The position numbers were made by a program, and so were the translations under genes. Positions 12,021 to 24,601 of a DNA stretch of 64,000 nucleotides are shown here, piece after piece. Source of the DNA: the human T2T-CHM13v2.0 reference genome, Homo sapiens; assembly GCF_009914755.1 (NCBI RefSeq), contig NC_060935.1; one strand, 5' to 3'. Each line of letters begins with the position of its first letter. Position 1 is the first letter of the stretch. The notes below the pieces were generated by a model. That model ran no database searches, had not been told where the DNA came from, and saw only the letters and a list, made by a program, of their open reading frames with translations.

Positions 12021-12237
12021 AGCTCTGTGGTATCACAAGAACACCTCCCTGTGAGTTCTGCCTGTTTGCTGGTGACTTCATGTCCATCAGTATGGTCCTG
12101 GAGATGCTGTTCATCTCATCATCACTGACTTGGTCCCAGTACTGTCTCTTGATCTCCATTTTTCTCTTCCTCTTCACATACAGACCCCCATCTCTGGGGA
12201 TCTCAGCCTCTCCTATTCCCTTTCATCCCTCCTTCAG

Positions 12238-12345
12238 GTGTATGGCTCTCTGTTTCACATCAATCACGGGAACCCCTTCAACATGGAAGTGTTGGTGGAC
12301 TCCTGGCCCGAGTATCAGATGGTTATTATCCGACCTCAAAAACAG
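12238..12345 (+). CDS. GLYATL1B: GLYATL1B coding exon 2 (VYGSLFHINHGNPFNMEVLVDSWPEYQMVIIRPQKQ)
   Basis: ccttcAG|GTG … CAG|GTAGG; conserved GLYAT-family N-terminal motif. Confidence 0.95.
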
Positions 12346-12735
12346 GTAGGCACACAGACAGGGACTGGTGGAGCCAGGCAGGTCCAAAGGGCCTGAGGAA
12401 CTGTCCAATTCAGACACCATGGCTGCTTTTATAGGGTGAAAGGAAATGTGAGTATTTTAAAACACTCCTTCAGTACTGGGCAGCTTGCGTGAGTGCCACA
12501 TGTTAACACTCTTCCTGTAAAGCATAAGACTCATTAGGGAAAGGGGGTCAAGGGGGAAGGGGAGGAAAAGGACAAAGCTGACACTCACAGATTAAGGGCC
12601 CTTTGAGGTGGCAGGGGTCACCTGCAGGGGCTGAATGGAGGCCAATTTACAGGGAAAGTTGTGTGTCTGAGATATTGGAACAGTGACTTAGAACCAAAAA
12701 CCAAGGCAGTAGTCTACCAATAAAATTACATCTCA

Positions 12736-13034
<299 letters not shown>

Positions 13035-14269
13035 GTTGCTTCTCAGGAACCAGGGAAGGGACACACAATTACTTTGTGTCAACTGTGTGGAAGCACCTCA
13101 CTCGTTAGTGACTGTCATCATCAGAACAATTTTACAAAGTGAGCTTTAATATCTTTAATTTAGAGATGAGGAAACAACACTGAGAAATATTCAGTCAGGT
13201 AGCTGCTGGATACCATCTGTTAAAGCATTCCCCAATCTGAATTCAAGTTCAACGGACTCTGCCACTTTTACTAGCTATATAACCATAGGCCCTTCTGTGA
13301 GTTTTATCATCTGTTAAAATGGGAAAAATAGGAGGACATTCTTCAGAGGATTACACAAGGTTTAAATGAGATACCACATGTCAAACACTTAGTATATAGC
13401 ACATAATTCTAAATAGTATTTACCATAATTAGCCATTATTGGCCGAGGACACACAAGGAATACACGATTAAGCTGAAATAGTAATACAAACCTAGGTCTA
13501 TTTTTTGGCCCTAAAGACTTCCCCTTTTTGTGTCTGTTTCATGCACATCTGATTAGTGAACTGAAGCCTCATGGCCAGCCCAGCTTCAGGTGGGTATAGA
13601 CACTGAGCCCCCACATAATAATAAGCTGAGCCTAATACCTTCCCCAGGGATGTTCTTTTGATCTCCTGGTTTCCTGACAATTTCGGATCGATGATTAATG
13701 GTTAGTTTACTTGATCCATGGTCCAATTTCTTCAAAGTGTCATACGCTAAATAACTGTATGAACCAAATAGTTCTTTTTACTTCAGTAACTTTGTAGTCA
13801 CTATGTGTATTTTAACAATGTAACTGTACCATCAAGCTGTAACTTCATATATGCATTGCTTTGAACAAGGCTAGTTTTTATATAGTGAGTCAGCAAACAA
13901 AAATATTAAAATATAAAAGTTCCATGCCACACATATATGACCAAAAAAATGGAAAGAATGAAATATGCTGCAATTTACTTGGAAATACATTCACTTAGTC
14001 TGATTCCATAGTATACCATGTTTCTTTCAGTATTGAAAATCAATGCAATTTTGAAGAAGACCTTTTTAAGGTGAGATGCAGGAGAATTTCTCTAGAAAAA
14101 TATTAATTTTTCTTTGTTGGTTCCTAATCAGAAAGATAATATATGCTGATTATAGAAGTGGAAAAATTCAACATGATTTTAAGAAGTTAATAACCTCTCA
14201 CCTCTTTGCCCTCCTCTCCTCCATTCCTACCCTTTGGGGTAATCGGTGTCCTTGGCCATATTAACACAC

Positions 14270-16490
14270 AAACGGATATTCAGTTATGATCTCTTCTGTA
14301 ATCGCTTTTTAATTTGCCTTTGACATATGGACATTGCTTTGAGTGAATCAATACAGCACTAACATATTTGTTTTAATAACTGTGGCGTTCCATAGAGTCA
14401 ATGCAATGCTATTTAGTCAGTCATTCTCCTCCTGTTGGGTTCAAATTGTTCATACTTCTTTGCCATTACAAACAATGCTTCAATAAACATCCTTGTATAC
14501 ATGTCTTTACATCCTGGAAACTTTTCTCAATGCAATTGGTTTCCAAAAGGGATAAGTCCAAGTCAGAGCTTATCTTATCCTAAGTAGGCACTGCCAGACT
14601 ACCCTCCCAAAGGATTCCACAGTATTATTTCCATTAGCAATCTGTGGAAGAATTGTTTCCCACATTCTCATCAGCAGTGAATGTTATCCTTCTTCTACTT
14701 TATGCCAAACTGGTGGGTGAAAAGTGGCATCTTATTGTAGATTTAATTTGCATTTCCCTGACTAGTGATATTCAACATATATTTTCATATGATTATCAGT
14801 CATTTTGGGTTTACTTCTGAACTGTTTATATTGTTTGACCATTTTTACACTGGGATTTTGTGTCATTCTTAAAATTCTCTATGTGTTTTGGATATGAGGG
14901 ATACTAACACAAGGTGTATGCTACAAATTTGTTGCCCAATTTAGAATTATTTTCTAATTTGATAGATTTTCACATGAAGCAATTTTTAATTTTCATGTAA
15001 TCAAATATATTATCTTTTTCACTATGATTCCTGAGGCTTTGGGAGTTTTTTTGTTAATAATTAGGAAGATTTTTCCTAAACCAAGATCGTACAAGTTGTT
15101 TTTTTCATTTTGTCTTACAGTGAGTTAATTTTTACTTTTGACATTTCAAACTTCATTCTATTTGGAATATATTTTTGAATAGCATGAATTAACATTCTTT
15201 TATATTTATCCCCCGAATGGCTGGCTAATTACGTTAGTGCTATTTATTAAGTAAGTCATTCTGCTACTGAAACATAAATGTCTATTTTGTCATATAACTT
15301 TTATATATTTTTGTAGCTATTTCTGTATTTGTTTCTAATCTTTTCTCATGCTATTTCATTGTTTTGTGGCAAATTTTAATATCTAATAAAGCAAATCACC
15401 CTTCACTAATCTTTTTCTTGCTTTCCTATTTCTTATAAACTTCAGAGCTATATGAACAAAAACTAATTTTTCAGTTCCCCAATTTCCCCAACTAAGTATT
15501 GCAATTGTGATTTGTATTGGAGGAGCTTTTTTAGACAATTGTGGAAGCATTAATATTTTTGTGATACTAAATATTTTTATCAAGAAATATGGTCTTTCTC
15601 TCACTTTTTTCAGTTTCTGTTCTATGCCATCTGGTAAAATATTAGTGTTTTCCTGAGGTAAACTACGTGATTTTTCCATTAAGTTTACCCTTAGGTATTT
15701 TATATTATTTTTTAAGATTATTAAATTATTTTTCCTTTTCTATTTCTGAGCATTATTATTTTGTTATTGCTTTCTATTTATATTCTTCATTTCCAAATAT
15801 GTCACACTATGCTTTAAAATCTTCTTTGTTTGCCTGGGGTGTTATTTGTTTTTGTTTTCTGTCGAAGTCTCTTATATTTTCTAAATGTGTAATACTGTAA
15901 TCTATAAACAAAGTAATTTGCTGCTTCTTTGCCAATATTTGTATGGGTTTTTACTTTCTTGCCTTATTGTATAATGTACAACCTAAGAAAACAATACCAA
16001 GTAGCCATAATAAAAGTTCTATCCTTGTCTCATTCCTGATTTTAATGAAATAGCTATAAAAACTTACCTTTGGAATTACATTTAATTCTGTCTTTACAGG
16101 CTTAGAGCACTTTCCTGTTTTCCCATTTTCATAGAAATTATATTTAGAATGAACGGTAGATTTTATGTTATTTCATTTTTGTCTTTTTATGGCAATTTAT
16201 ATACTCATGTAATTTTTTCCTCCTTTAATTTATTACCCTAAAAGATCTTCTGATCAAACTCATTCTGGCCTTTCTAAAACAAACTGTTCATGTTCACATT
16301 CTTTTCATATGCTACTGAATATTTTATTCAGAATTTTTGCATCTGTATTCATAAGCCAATATGGTCAGTAACTCTCTTTTTGTTATTTCTTTACCAGATT
16401 TGGCATTAGGATATTTTCATCTGTTACCAAAGTCTACTATTAAAATTATGTGTTTGGTTTTGCCTTATGTAGAATTGAAATGTAAAATAA
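14270..16490 (-). mobile_element. Old L1M(E) 3'/ORF2 fragments, antisense, in GLYATL1B intron
   Basis: T-rich L1 antisense motifs (tttaatttgcatttccctgactagtga…). Confidence 0.65.
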
Positions 16491-16505
16491 TCTAATTTTG
16501 GCTAC

Positions 16506-17112
16506 TTTTTAGTTTGTAATTTCAACTTTCCTTTTAGATAAAGGGGGTACATGTGCATATTTGTTACACGCAAATATTGCATGATGCTGAGTCTTGGAGT
16601 ATGGACAGATCCCATCACCCTGGTAGTGAGCATAGTACCCGATAGGTAGTTTTCTAACCCAGCCCCTTTCCCTCCACCCTCTAGAGTCCATAGTGTCTAT
16701 TGTTCTCACATTTATGTCCATGTATGTTCAATGCTTAGCTCCCAGTTATGAGTGAAAACGTGATATTTGATTTTCTGTTACAGCATTAATTTGCTTAGGA
16801 TTATTACACTGTGGAAAGTAGTCTGGAAATTTCTTAGAGAACTTAAAAGAGAGTTGCCATTCGACCCAGCAATGCCATTACTAGGTAAATACCCAAAAGA
16901 AAATGAATCGTTCTACCAAAATGACACATGCACTAGGATGTTCATTGCTGCACTGTTCACAATAGCAAAGACATGGAATCATCACAGATCCCCATCAAAG
17001 GTGCATTGGATAAAAAAACTTGGTACATGTATTCCTATGGAATACTACACAGCAATAGAAAAGAATAAAATATTGTCCTTTGTAGCAACACGGATGGAGC
17101 TGGAAGCCATAA
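16506..17112 (-). mobile_element. L1PA15/16-like 3' fragment with 5' inversion (16506-16805 minus; 16806-~17112 plus)
   Basis: Two L1 3' pieces in opposite orientation that are adjacent in the L1 consensus at …gccattatcctaagc. Confidence 0.8.
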
Positions 17113-18702
17113 TTCTTGTCCACTTTTCAAATGGTAGATATTTCATTTCATTTCCGATATTTCTATTAGTTCATTGAAGTTTTCTATTTTTTGAAAGTCA
17201 ATTTTGATAGTTTATTCTTGAGGGATAACATCCATTTCTTTATCAGTGAATATGTTGCCTTGGAGTAGTATATAATCTTCTATTATAAGTCTTTTTCCTT
17301 TTCTGTTTCCATTCTCATGGCTCATACTCTATGCCTTTTTTTTTTCTTTTTTCTCTTTCTCTTCTATTTCCTTTAAATGCCTTACCAGAAGTTTATCTCT
17401 CTCTCTCTTCTGCTCTTTCTTTTTGCCATTTAAAAATGAACTTTTGGCTTTATATATCATTTGCACTGTGTCTTGTTCTACATTTCATTATTTATGGCTT
17501 TCATTTTTACAAATTGTTCCATTTGTTATTTTCTAGTCTACTTTGATATTCTTTTTATAATTCTTTGAATATTTACTTGGCTATGTTCAGTCATTCTTTT
17601 AAAATCCGGTCTTTTAAAACATCTACTCTTTTAAATTCACTGAGGTGTTGTGTTTTGGCCATATTCAGGAACTTGCATTTATAAAAGCATCCTCAAATTC
17701 TTGAAGGTTTCTTTAAAATTAGTTACACTATTTTCTCTTTTACTCCTTAACAATACAATTTTCAACATAATATTAATACATGCACTGCTAAAACTCACAC
17801 TTATTGTTTATATTTCCCCTGATAAACAGATACTCATCGTCCCATGAAGTTTGTGGCTTGTGAGAATGAGATCACAAGTATCTTTCTTTAAAACCCATGA
17901 GTCTAACACCACATAAATTGCGCAGAGTGCTACGGAAAATTCAGTTACTTCATTCTATTTTGTGGGCTTCTGGCTGTAAAGGCCATGTCACTCTTCAAAG
18001 AGGCTGATATCCTGTAGCCTTGGGAAAAGGCAATGTCTCCTTAATGTTTATATTCACTAAAGTATCTTGCTCAAACCCTGGACACTGCAGATTCTAGAAC
18101 AATATAGATTGTAGGTGTCTGGTGAAACAGTAGGCACTATAACTTAGAGAAATCATGGTTAAATTCATCTTGTGCCGAGCTTAAGAACTTAACCCTATCA
18201 ACACGGACTCAGTACAACCCAGAATATGTCCCACAGGGGGTTATGTGGGGCACAGTATATATAACAGGGGGATATGTGTGGTCCAGGAGGTGAGAGAAGC
18301 AGGGAGAGAAGCAATTGTTGCATTCCTTTGCTTCTGCTGGGCGCTCTGTGATGCTATATATAAAATAAGGTAAGTGTGCAGTTGAGTGGGTAGGGAGAAA
18401 AGTGAGGCATCTTAAGGCCTGGTGGAGGGTGACTGATTTCATCCTGTCTTTGTTATGTATCTGAGAAGCAGGTTTATAACCAGTAACTGTCAGTGTTCAA
18501 TATTTAACAAACTCCAGTTACACAGGTAAGAGGTCAGCAGTAGCTTATAGGTCTCACTTATATTATCCACGTGCCCAACTGCAGCCATCGTGGGCTAGTG
18601 CTAAAACTTTCTTTTGAATTTTCATTTTTCTAATAATTGCAATCAGTGAGAGGAGAAGAAAAAGTTCAAGGGAATGATCTGACCTTTCACCATCCTACAC
18701 AG

Positions 18703-18829
18703 GAGATGACTGATGACATGGATTCATACACTAATGTATATCGTGTATTCTCCAAAGACCCTCAAAAATCACAAGAAGTTTTGAAAAATTCTGAGATCAT
18801 AAACTGGAAACAGAAACTCCAAATCCAAG
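18703..18829 (+). CDS. GLYATL1B: GLYATL1B coding exon 3 (EMTDDMDSYTNVY…WKQKLQIQ)
   Basis: acacAG|GAG … AAG|GTAAC; GLYAT-family DD.D.YTN.Y motif. Confidence 0.95.
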
Positions 18830-18857
18830 GTAACAAGTCTGAAGAAATGGGCAAGCA

Positions 18858-19024
18858 GCTGTGCTTCTCAAATTGTGTCTTCAACTAACAGCATTAGCAT
18901 CACCTGAGAGCTCATTAGAAATGTAAATTCCTTGAAATTCTCAGAGCTGGGAGAGGTGGAGCAATCTGTGGTGTGCCAAGGACTATAGCTGATTGTGGTG
19001 TAAACTCAACTTTGAGAACTACTA
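18858..19024. mobile_element. MER5-type hAT DNA transposon remnant in GLYATL1B intron
   Basis: gtgcttctcaaa…cagcattagcatcacctgagagctcattagaaatg…tttgagaactact. Confidence 0.7.
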
Positions 19025-19107
19025 AGCACTGAGGCATTAATCAGGTGTGAGCAGTGTAAGTAGAGAACTGCATGTCTGACAATATTGCTTTCTTGGCTTT
19101 CTCTCAG

Positions 19108-19285
19108 GTTTTCAAGAAAGTTTAGGTGAGGGGATAAGAGCAGCTGCATTTTCAAATTCAGTGAAGGTAGAGCATTCGAGAGCACTCCTCTTTGTTACGG
19201 AAGATATCCTGAAGCTCTATGCCACCAATAAAAGCAAGCTTGGAAGCTGGGCTGAGACAGGCCACCCAGATGACGAATTGGAGAG
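19108..19285 (+). CDS. GLYATL1B: GLYATL1B coding exon 4 (FQESLGEGIR…GHPDDELE)
   Basis: ctctcAG|GT … GAG|GTACA; phases are compatible with both neighbours. Confidence 0.95.
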
Positions 19286-19542
19286 GTACAAAAAACATGT
19301 GCTGATCATTTATAATTGCTATTCCTTGTACATTTTTGTAATTCACATAAATCAGTTTTGGAATGAAGAGAGGATGAATTCATTCCTTGGGATGAATAAA
19401 GGTTGTCAGTGGTCAAAATACGCCACTTTGCAATGGTGGGTCTTTTAACAAGAAGAGGGCCTGGGATCTCTAGAATGGAAGGGCACCTAGAAATTACAGG
19501 AGTGGGGATGAAAGTTGTTGTCTTTCTTTTTGTTTTCTACAG

Positions 19543-19960
19543 CGAGACTCCGAACTTTAAGTATGCCCAGCTGAATGTGTCTTATTCTGGGCTGGTAAAT
19601 GACAACTGGAAGCTAGGGATGAATAAGAGGAGCCTGCGTTACATCAAGCGCTGCCTAGGAGCCCTGCCAGCAGCCTGTATGCTGGGCCCAGAGGGGGTCC
19701 CGGTCTCATGGGTAACCATGGACCCTTCTTGTGAAATAGGAATGGGCTACAGTGTGGAAAAATACCGAAGGAGAGGCAATGGGACACGGCTGATCATGCG
19801 ATGCATGAAGTATCTGTGTCAGAAGAATATTCCATTTTACGGCTCTGTGCTGGAAGAAAATCAAGGCGTCATCAGAAAGACTAGTGCACTAGGTTTCCTT
19901 GAGGCCTCCTGTCAGTGGCACCAATGGAACTGCTACCCACAGAATCTTGTTCCATTGTAG
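19543..19960 (+). CDS. GLYATL1B: GLYATL1B coding exon 5 (GNAT C-terminal domain, stop TAG)
   Basis: ttctacAG|C GAG…; contains Glu228 (19733-19735) and RRRGNG; ends PQNLVPL*. Confidence 0.95.
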
Positions 19961-20207
19961 ACAATGAAGCTGCTTAGCAATCTTGGGCAAGCCATCTCTT
20001 AATATTAAAGCAGACACCACAGAATAGCTTTCTTCACTTACAAATGTTGATTGGGCATTTGTGATATGGCAGGAACTCTTTCTCACATGGAGACTTGATG
20101 TTAAAGGACACAGCCATGCTCTTGAGGAGCTTACAATCCAAGCTGGAGGCAGGGGAGGGTATAGTCTTTAAATATGCTTAAGTGTTGTAGGGAAGGACAG
20201 AGTTACC

Positions 20208-20213
20208 AATAAA
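20208..20213 (+). terminator. Candidate polyadenylation signal of GLYATL1B (alternatives ATTAAA 20004, AATAAA 20318)
   Basis: First AATAAA after the stop codon. Confidence 0.5.
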
Positions 20214-21879
20214 CATGTAACTAGAAAGCCAGGCTCAGTTCTTACCTCTGGGAATCAGAACTCTTTATGAAACTTGGTTGATAGAATCTACTATCTGGAA
20301 GATAAATGAAGAACTTTAATAAAATTGTCAATAGAATATACCTAATCTATATGGATACTTTATTGGAAAGAAATACCCCTGTTATGTATGGATTTATGAG
20401 GCAATGGCTATACTAAAGAATGGAATCAGTCTCTTAGTTTAGTGTCTAGCAAGGTATCAAAGGTGAAGCCTCAGACAAATGGCTTTCTTAGGCTACCTTT
20501 CATCATTGTTATGCAGAAAAGGATCTCCAGAGAATCAAGTGGGCTGGCCTTGAGGCCTCTGTTATGGAAATGACATTTGTTGTGCCTCCTTTCCCCTACT
20601 CTTTCTCACTTCCTCATCATTAGTGAAGCATGGCACAAGATAAGGTGTTGCCTGTGAGTCTGGCTATAAATTCAGCTTACGATGTTTGCAGCACTGCTAT
20701 CTTAAGGGGTCAAGGGCATTTCAGGGGGAAGTGACCACTAAGGTGAAGACTGGAGAGTGAGTAAGAGTGAGCCATACAGTAAAAGTGGAAAAATCCAGAT
20801 GATGGAAAGGACACGTGCCATGCACTATCATAATAACTTTATAATTGAACACTTATATTACAATTTCTGAACCCCTGATCTCAAAAAAAAAAAGAAAAAT
20901 ACACTTCATGAAAAAAACGGGGCCTCATTTGGCTCCGCTCTCCCCCCCTGTCATTGGAGCTTGGATTACTGTGAACATTGTAGCCACAGCAAAAAGAAAA
21001 AAAAAATTGGCATTTTTACTCCTTCTGATAGTCTAGATTTTAAAAAACAAAAGAAATCTTAATAGAATTGTCTTTTGGAGTAAAGCCTACCAGTATTAAT
21101 CAACACCTCATCTCTCCATAGAAAATAACCCCCCACAAAATTGAATGTTTATACTTGATGTGATTTGAAAGTGTGCAATTCCAGCACCTAAAGAATAGTG
21201 TAGGTCATGGAGTTTTTAAGAAACTCCAATTCATCTTAGAAGGCTGTGGTAGATCTGTTACCGCTTAGTATAAATCAATCCAATCAGATTTCTAAACTCC
21301 TGAGACCTGGCTGATTTGTTACATTGACTGAAATGAAAGCATGGTCTGAGAAAGAGAGTAAACATGTCATTTGGGATTTCAAAGGGTGGAAAATTCTTAC
21401 CTAAAAAATAAACTCAGGAACTTGGGGTAATATAAAAACAGCTATATTTTGGCACTCAAGAGGCAAAAGCTAATATATGTGATGAAAGAACACAAAGCAA
21501 ATAAAATTTGACTATTTCAAAATGATGCCTCGGGCAGGTCCTGTATCCAGAAGAGGATGTTCATCCAGGGTCTGGGGCTAAGGTCATCTTAGCACAGCCC
21601 AGCTGCCAGCTTCCCTCCTCTGCCGCTTCCCTGAACGCAAACCAGCTTCCCTTATCTAGCCCTTCGTGGACCTGTTAAAAAAGTGATCCCTAAACCTTAT
21701 CATGCACTTGCATTAAAAAAACAACAAGAAAGCATGGGAAGGATGAAAGAGGATTTCTTAAATATGGCACAAGTAAGTCCAACATTATCAATAAACACAC
21801 TAACAATGAATGGGGTAATTTTCTTATTAAAATATATGTTTTTCATACTGAGTTAAAAACAAAATCCAAGAAGCATACA

Positions 21880-22075
21880 TCTCTGTGCCCTCACATGGTG
21901 GAGACAGAGGAGAGCTCAGACTCTCTTCCTTTTCTTAGAAGGACTTAATACCATCAAGGGGGCTCCACCCTTATGACTTAATCTAAACCCAATTACTTCT
22001 CAAAGGCCCACCTCCAAGTCCGTTGGGAGTTGGGTCTTCAACATATGAATTTGGGAGTCACCGTCAGTTCATAAG
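21880..22075 (-). mobile_element. MaLR LTR fragment (MST/MLT1A-like)
   Basis: ggctccacccttatgacttaatctaaacc…caacatatgaatttggga. Confidence 0.6.
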
Positions 22076-22609
22076 GAAGCATATCTGAAATAAACAACAC
22101 ACAAGGGTTCACGGAAAGGAAGAAGATATACTAAATGAACGTGAAACTGAAAAGCAAAGTAATACCATCAACACTTGGCAAAATAGAACGTAAGTTGAAC
22201 ATCTGCTAAATACAGAAATTCTCCCACAACATAGGTCATGAATCTGCCTCACAACACAACACAACTACAAACTATACATGGCAAAAGCTGACAGACATAC
22301 AAAAGAAAAATGCAAATCCACAGTCTCAGTGGGAGAACTCAAAAAACTTCCCTCAGAAAGCAACAGATGATGCTGACAAAAAATAAAGACAATTTGACAA
22401 ACTGCCATCACAACTTGCTATTTCTGGTGATGTTGGGGTTATCTGCTTATTGTGTATTTGAGAACTTCCCTTCATCTGCTTGTCAAACTGACCAGCAGGT
22501 GGTGCTGGGGAGGGAAACACTCCATCTGGAGAATGCTGGCAACTTGTCTCTTAAGTCTAGAGGCTCCTGGTCCCCCTCATGATCATCACCTATCAGGCAC
22601 AAGCACTGC

Positions 22610-23531
22610 TGATACAGGAGCTAAAAAGAAATTATTAAGCAGTTAGTGTAGGTAAGAGAGTCCTCAGTAAGGTTTTTCTTTTAATAAAAAGCAGCCCCCA
22701 TATAATCGCTTTTCTAGCGAAAATCAGCCTAAAAAATCAAGCCGCAAGCATGCTAAAAGCTTGCATAGGTAAATGCCGGCACCTATGCAAATAGAAAAGG
22801 GATACCTGGAAGTCAGGCGTACTCAACATAGAGGTTTCCTCTTCCTATTTTTTTTTTTCAGATGGAATCCTGCTCTGTCACTCAGTCTGGAGTGCAGTGG
22901 TGCATTCTCAGCTCACTACAACCTCCCCCTCCTGGGTTCAAGCAATTCTCTCCCTCAGCCTCCTGAGTAGCTGAGATTACAGGTGCCCACCATCACGCAT
23001 GGCTAATTTTTTTTTTCGTGTTTTTTTAGTAGAGGCAGGGTTTCACCATCTTCGCCAGGCTGGTCTTGAACTCCTGACCTCTCGTGATCCACCGTCCTTG
23101 GCCTCCAAATGTGCTAGGATTACAGTCATGAGCTACCACGCCTGGCCGCCTATTTCCTTTTCTTTGTCTTCACTTGTGCAGGCGACACGGCACAGGCCAG
23201 GTAGAGGCCCCGTTTGCATACTAAAGATTCATGTGGGATGGCCAGGCTCTTCGTGCATCACATAAATAGCACACCTGCTCCAACCAACCCTCTGAGCCCT
23301 ATGTAAATCAGACACTGCCTCCTCAAGCTCCTCTATAAAACCAACCACAACTCGCCCCAAACCCGGAAACCTGCTCAGGCACCCTTCCAATGCATGAGGA
23401 AACTCTCTCTTTGTTCTTTTGCCTATTAAACTTTTGCTCTTAAACCCACTCCTTTGGTGTCCACATCTACAATTTCCATACTGTGAGACAGCAAACCTCT
23501 GGCATTTCCCCAGACAAACGATGCCGCTTCA
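22610..23531 (+). mobile_element. Solo ERV1 LTR (LTR9-like) with 4-bp TSD CTGC, interrupted by an Alu
   Basis: CTGC|TGATACAGGAGCTAAAAAGAAATTATT…GCCGCTTCA|CTGC; TATAAA and ATTAAA inside. Confidence 0.8.
22848..23147 (-). mobile_element. AluS
   Basis: polyT…ctgtcactcagtctggagtgcagtgg…ccacgcctggcc. Confidence 0.9.
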
Positions 23532-24561
23532 CTGCCATCTCAAGCCCAAGTGCCAAAAATGACCACTTCAGCCTGAAGAATGCCATGGCTGCCACCATGC
23601 TGCTTAGGATAAGCAAAGACACAAAGATGAAGTGGGGACGGGTTTACTAGAGAGGCTGCAATAAAAGCATATCCCAGGCAACTTTCCACTTCTTAACTTC
23701 TGTCATTTTCAAACTTAAAGGTGTTTTTTTTTTTGTTGTTGGTTTGTTTTTCTTTTTAACAGTTTCTATTTCTGGCCAAAAGACTGCTCTTTGTTTTCCT
23801 GCTATGACATATTTATTCTTTGTTCTAAAGTCTTTTCCATGATTTCATATAGGAACTAAGAAGACAGCCAGGTGTTTGCTCAACATATTGATCCCCTCTC
23901 CACCTAGAACTCTCTTTACTCTTTCTCCCAGGAAGATTCCACCCCTCCTGTTCTGCCAGTTTCCTCATATTTGCCTCAGACAATTGCCCTTGTAGGCAGA
24001 TGAACCCGGGCCAGTTCTACTTTACTATGGACACCAACTCTTCTGAAATAACATCTGAGTCTTGGGATTTGCATATGAATCTTCCCTTGACACAGCAAAC
24101 AGTCTTTCCTTTTACCTTCACTAAAGTCATCTACTTGGGAGAATGGAGAGCACTAAAATTCTACAGATTTCAAAACCAAACCTGCTGTGCCTTTCCAGAG
24201 TCCTTGGAATGAAAAAGAGAAAATAGGTTAGAAGGGATATTTTCTCCTTCCTTCCTTACCCTGAAGGAGCTCCTATTTTTAAAGGGAATCATTGGGGACA
24301 ATCCAAAAGAAACTCTTGCAAATCAAGCTTTGCCATGCCACCACGAGAAGGGTAACCTGTGTGCCCAGTGGTGAAATTTTTAAACTTTGGTAATGATCTC
24401 CAGGTTCACCCCTATGGATAACGAAAATATTTTAAGAACCTATAAGGGTGCCAACCTTTCAGAACCATGTCTCTTTGCAAGGACCTACCAAGGTCTAGAG
24501 ATCATAGCACCTCACTAGCAGCCTACAGGCATTCTCCAAAGGTTCCCACCTGCCCCACCCA

Positions 24562-24593
<32 letters not shown>

Positions 24594-24601
24594 ACACACA
24601 C
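24562..24601. repeat. (CA)n microsatellite
   Basis: ~20 CA units with one interruption. Confidence 0.95.

Noticed and set aside
16767-17177. 136-aa ORF
   Set aside because: L1 ORF2 C-terminal remnant fused across an inversion junction.
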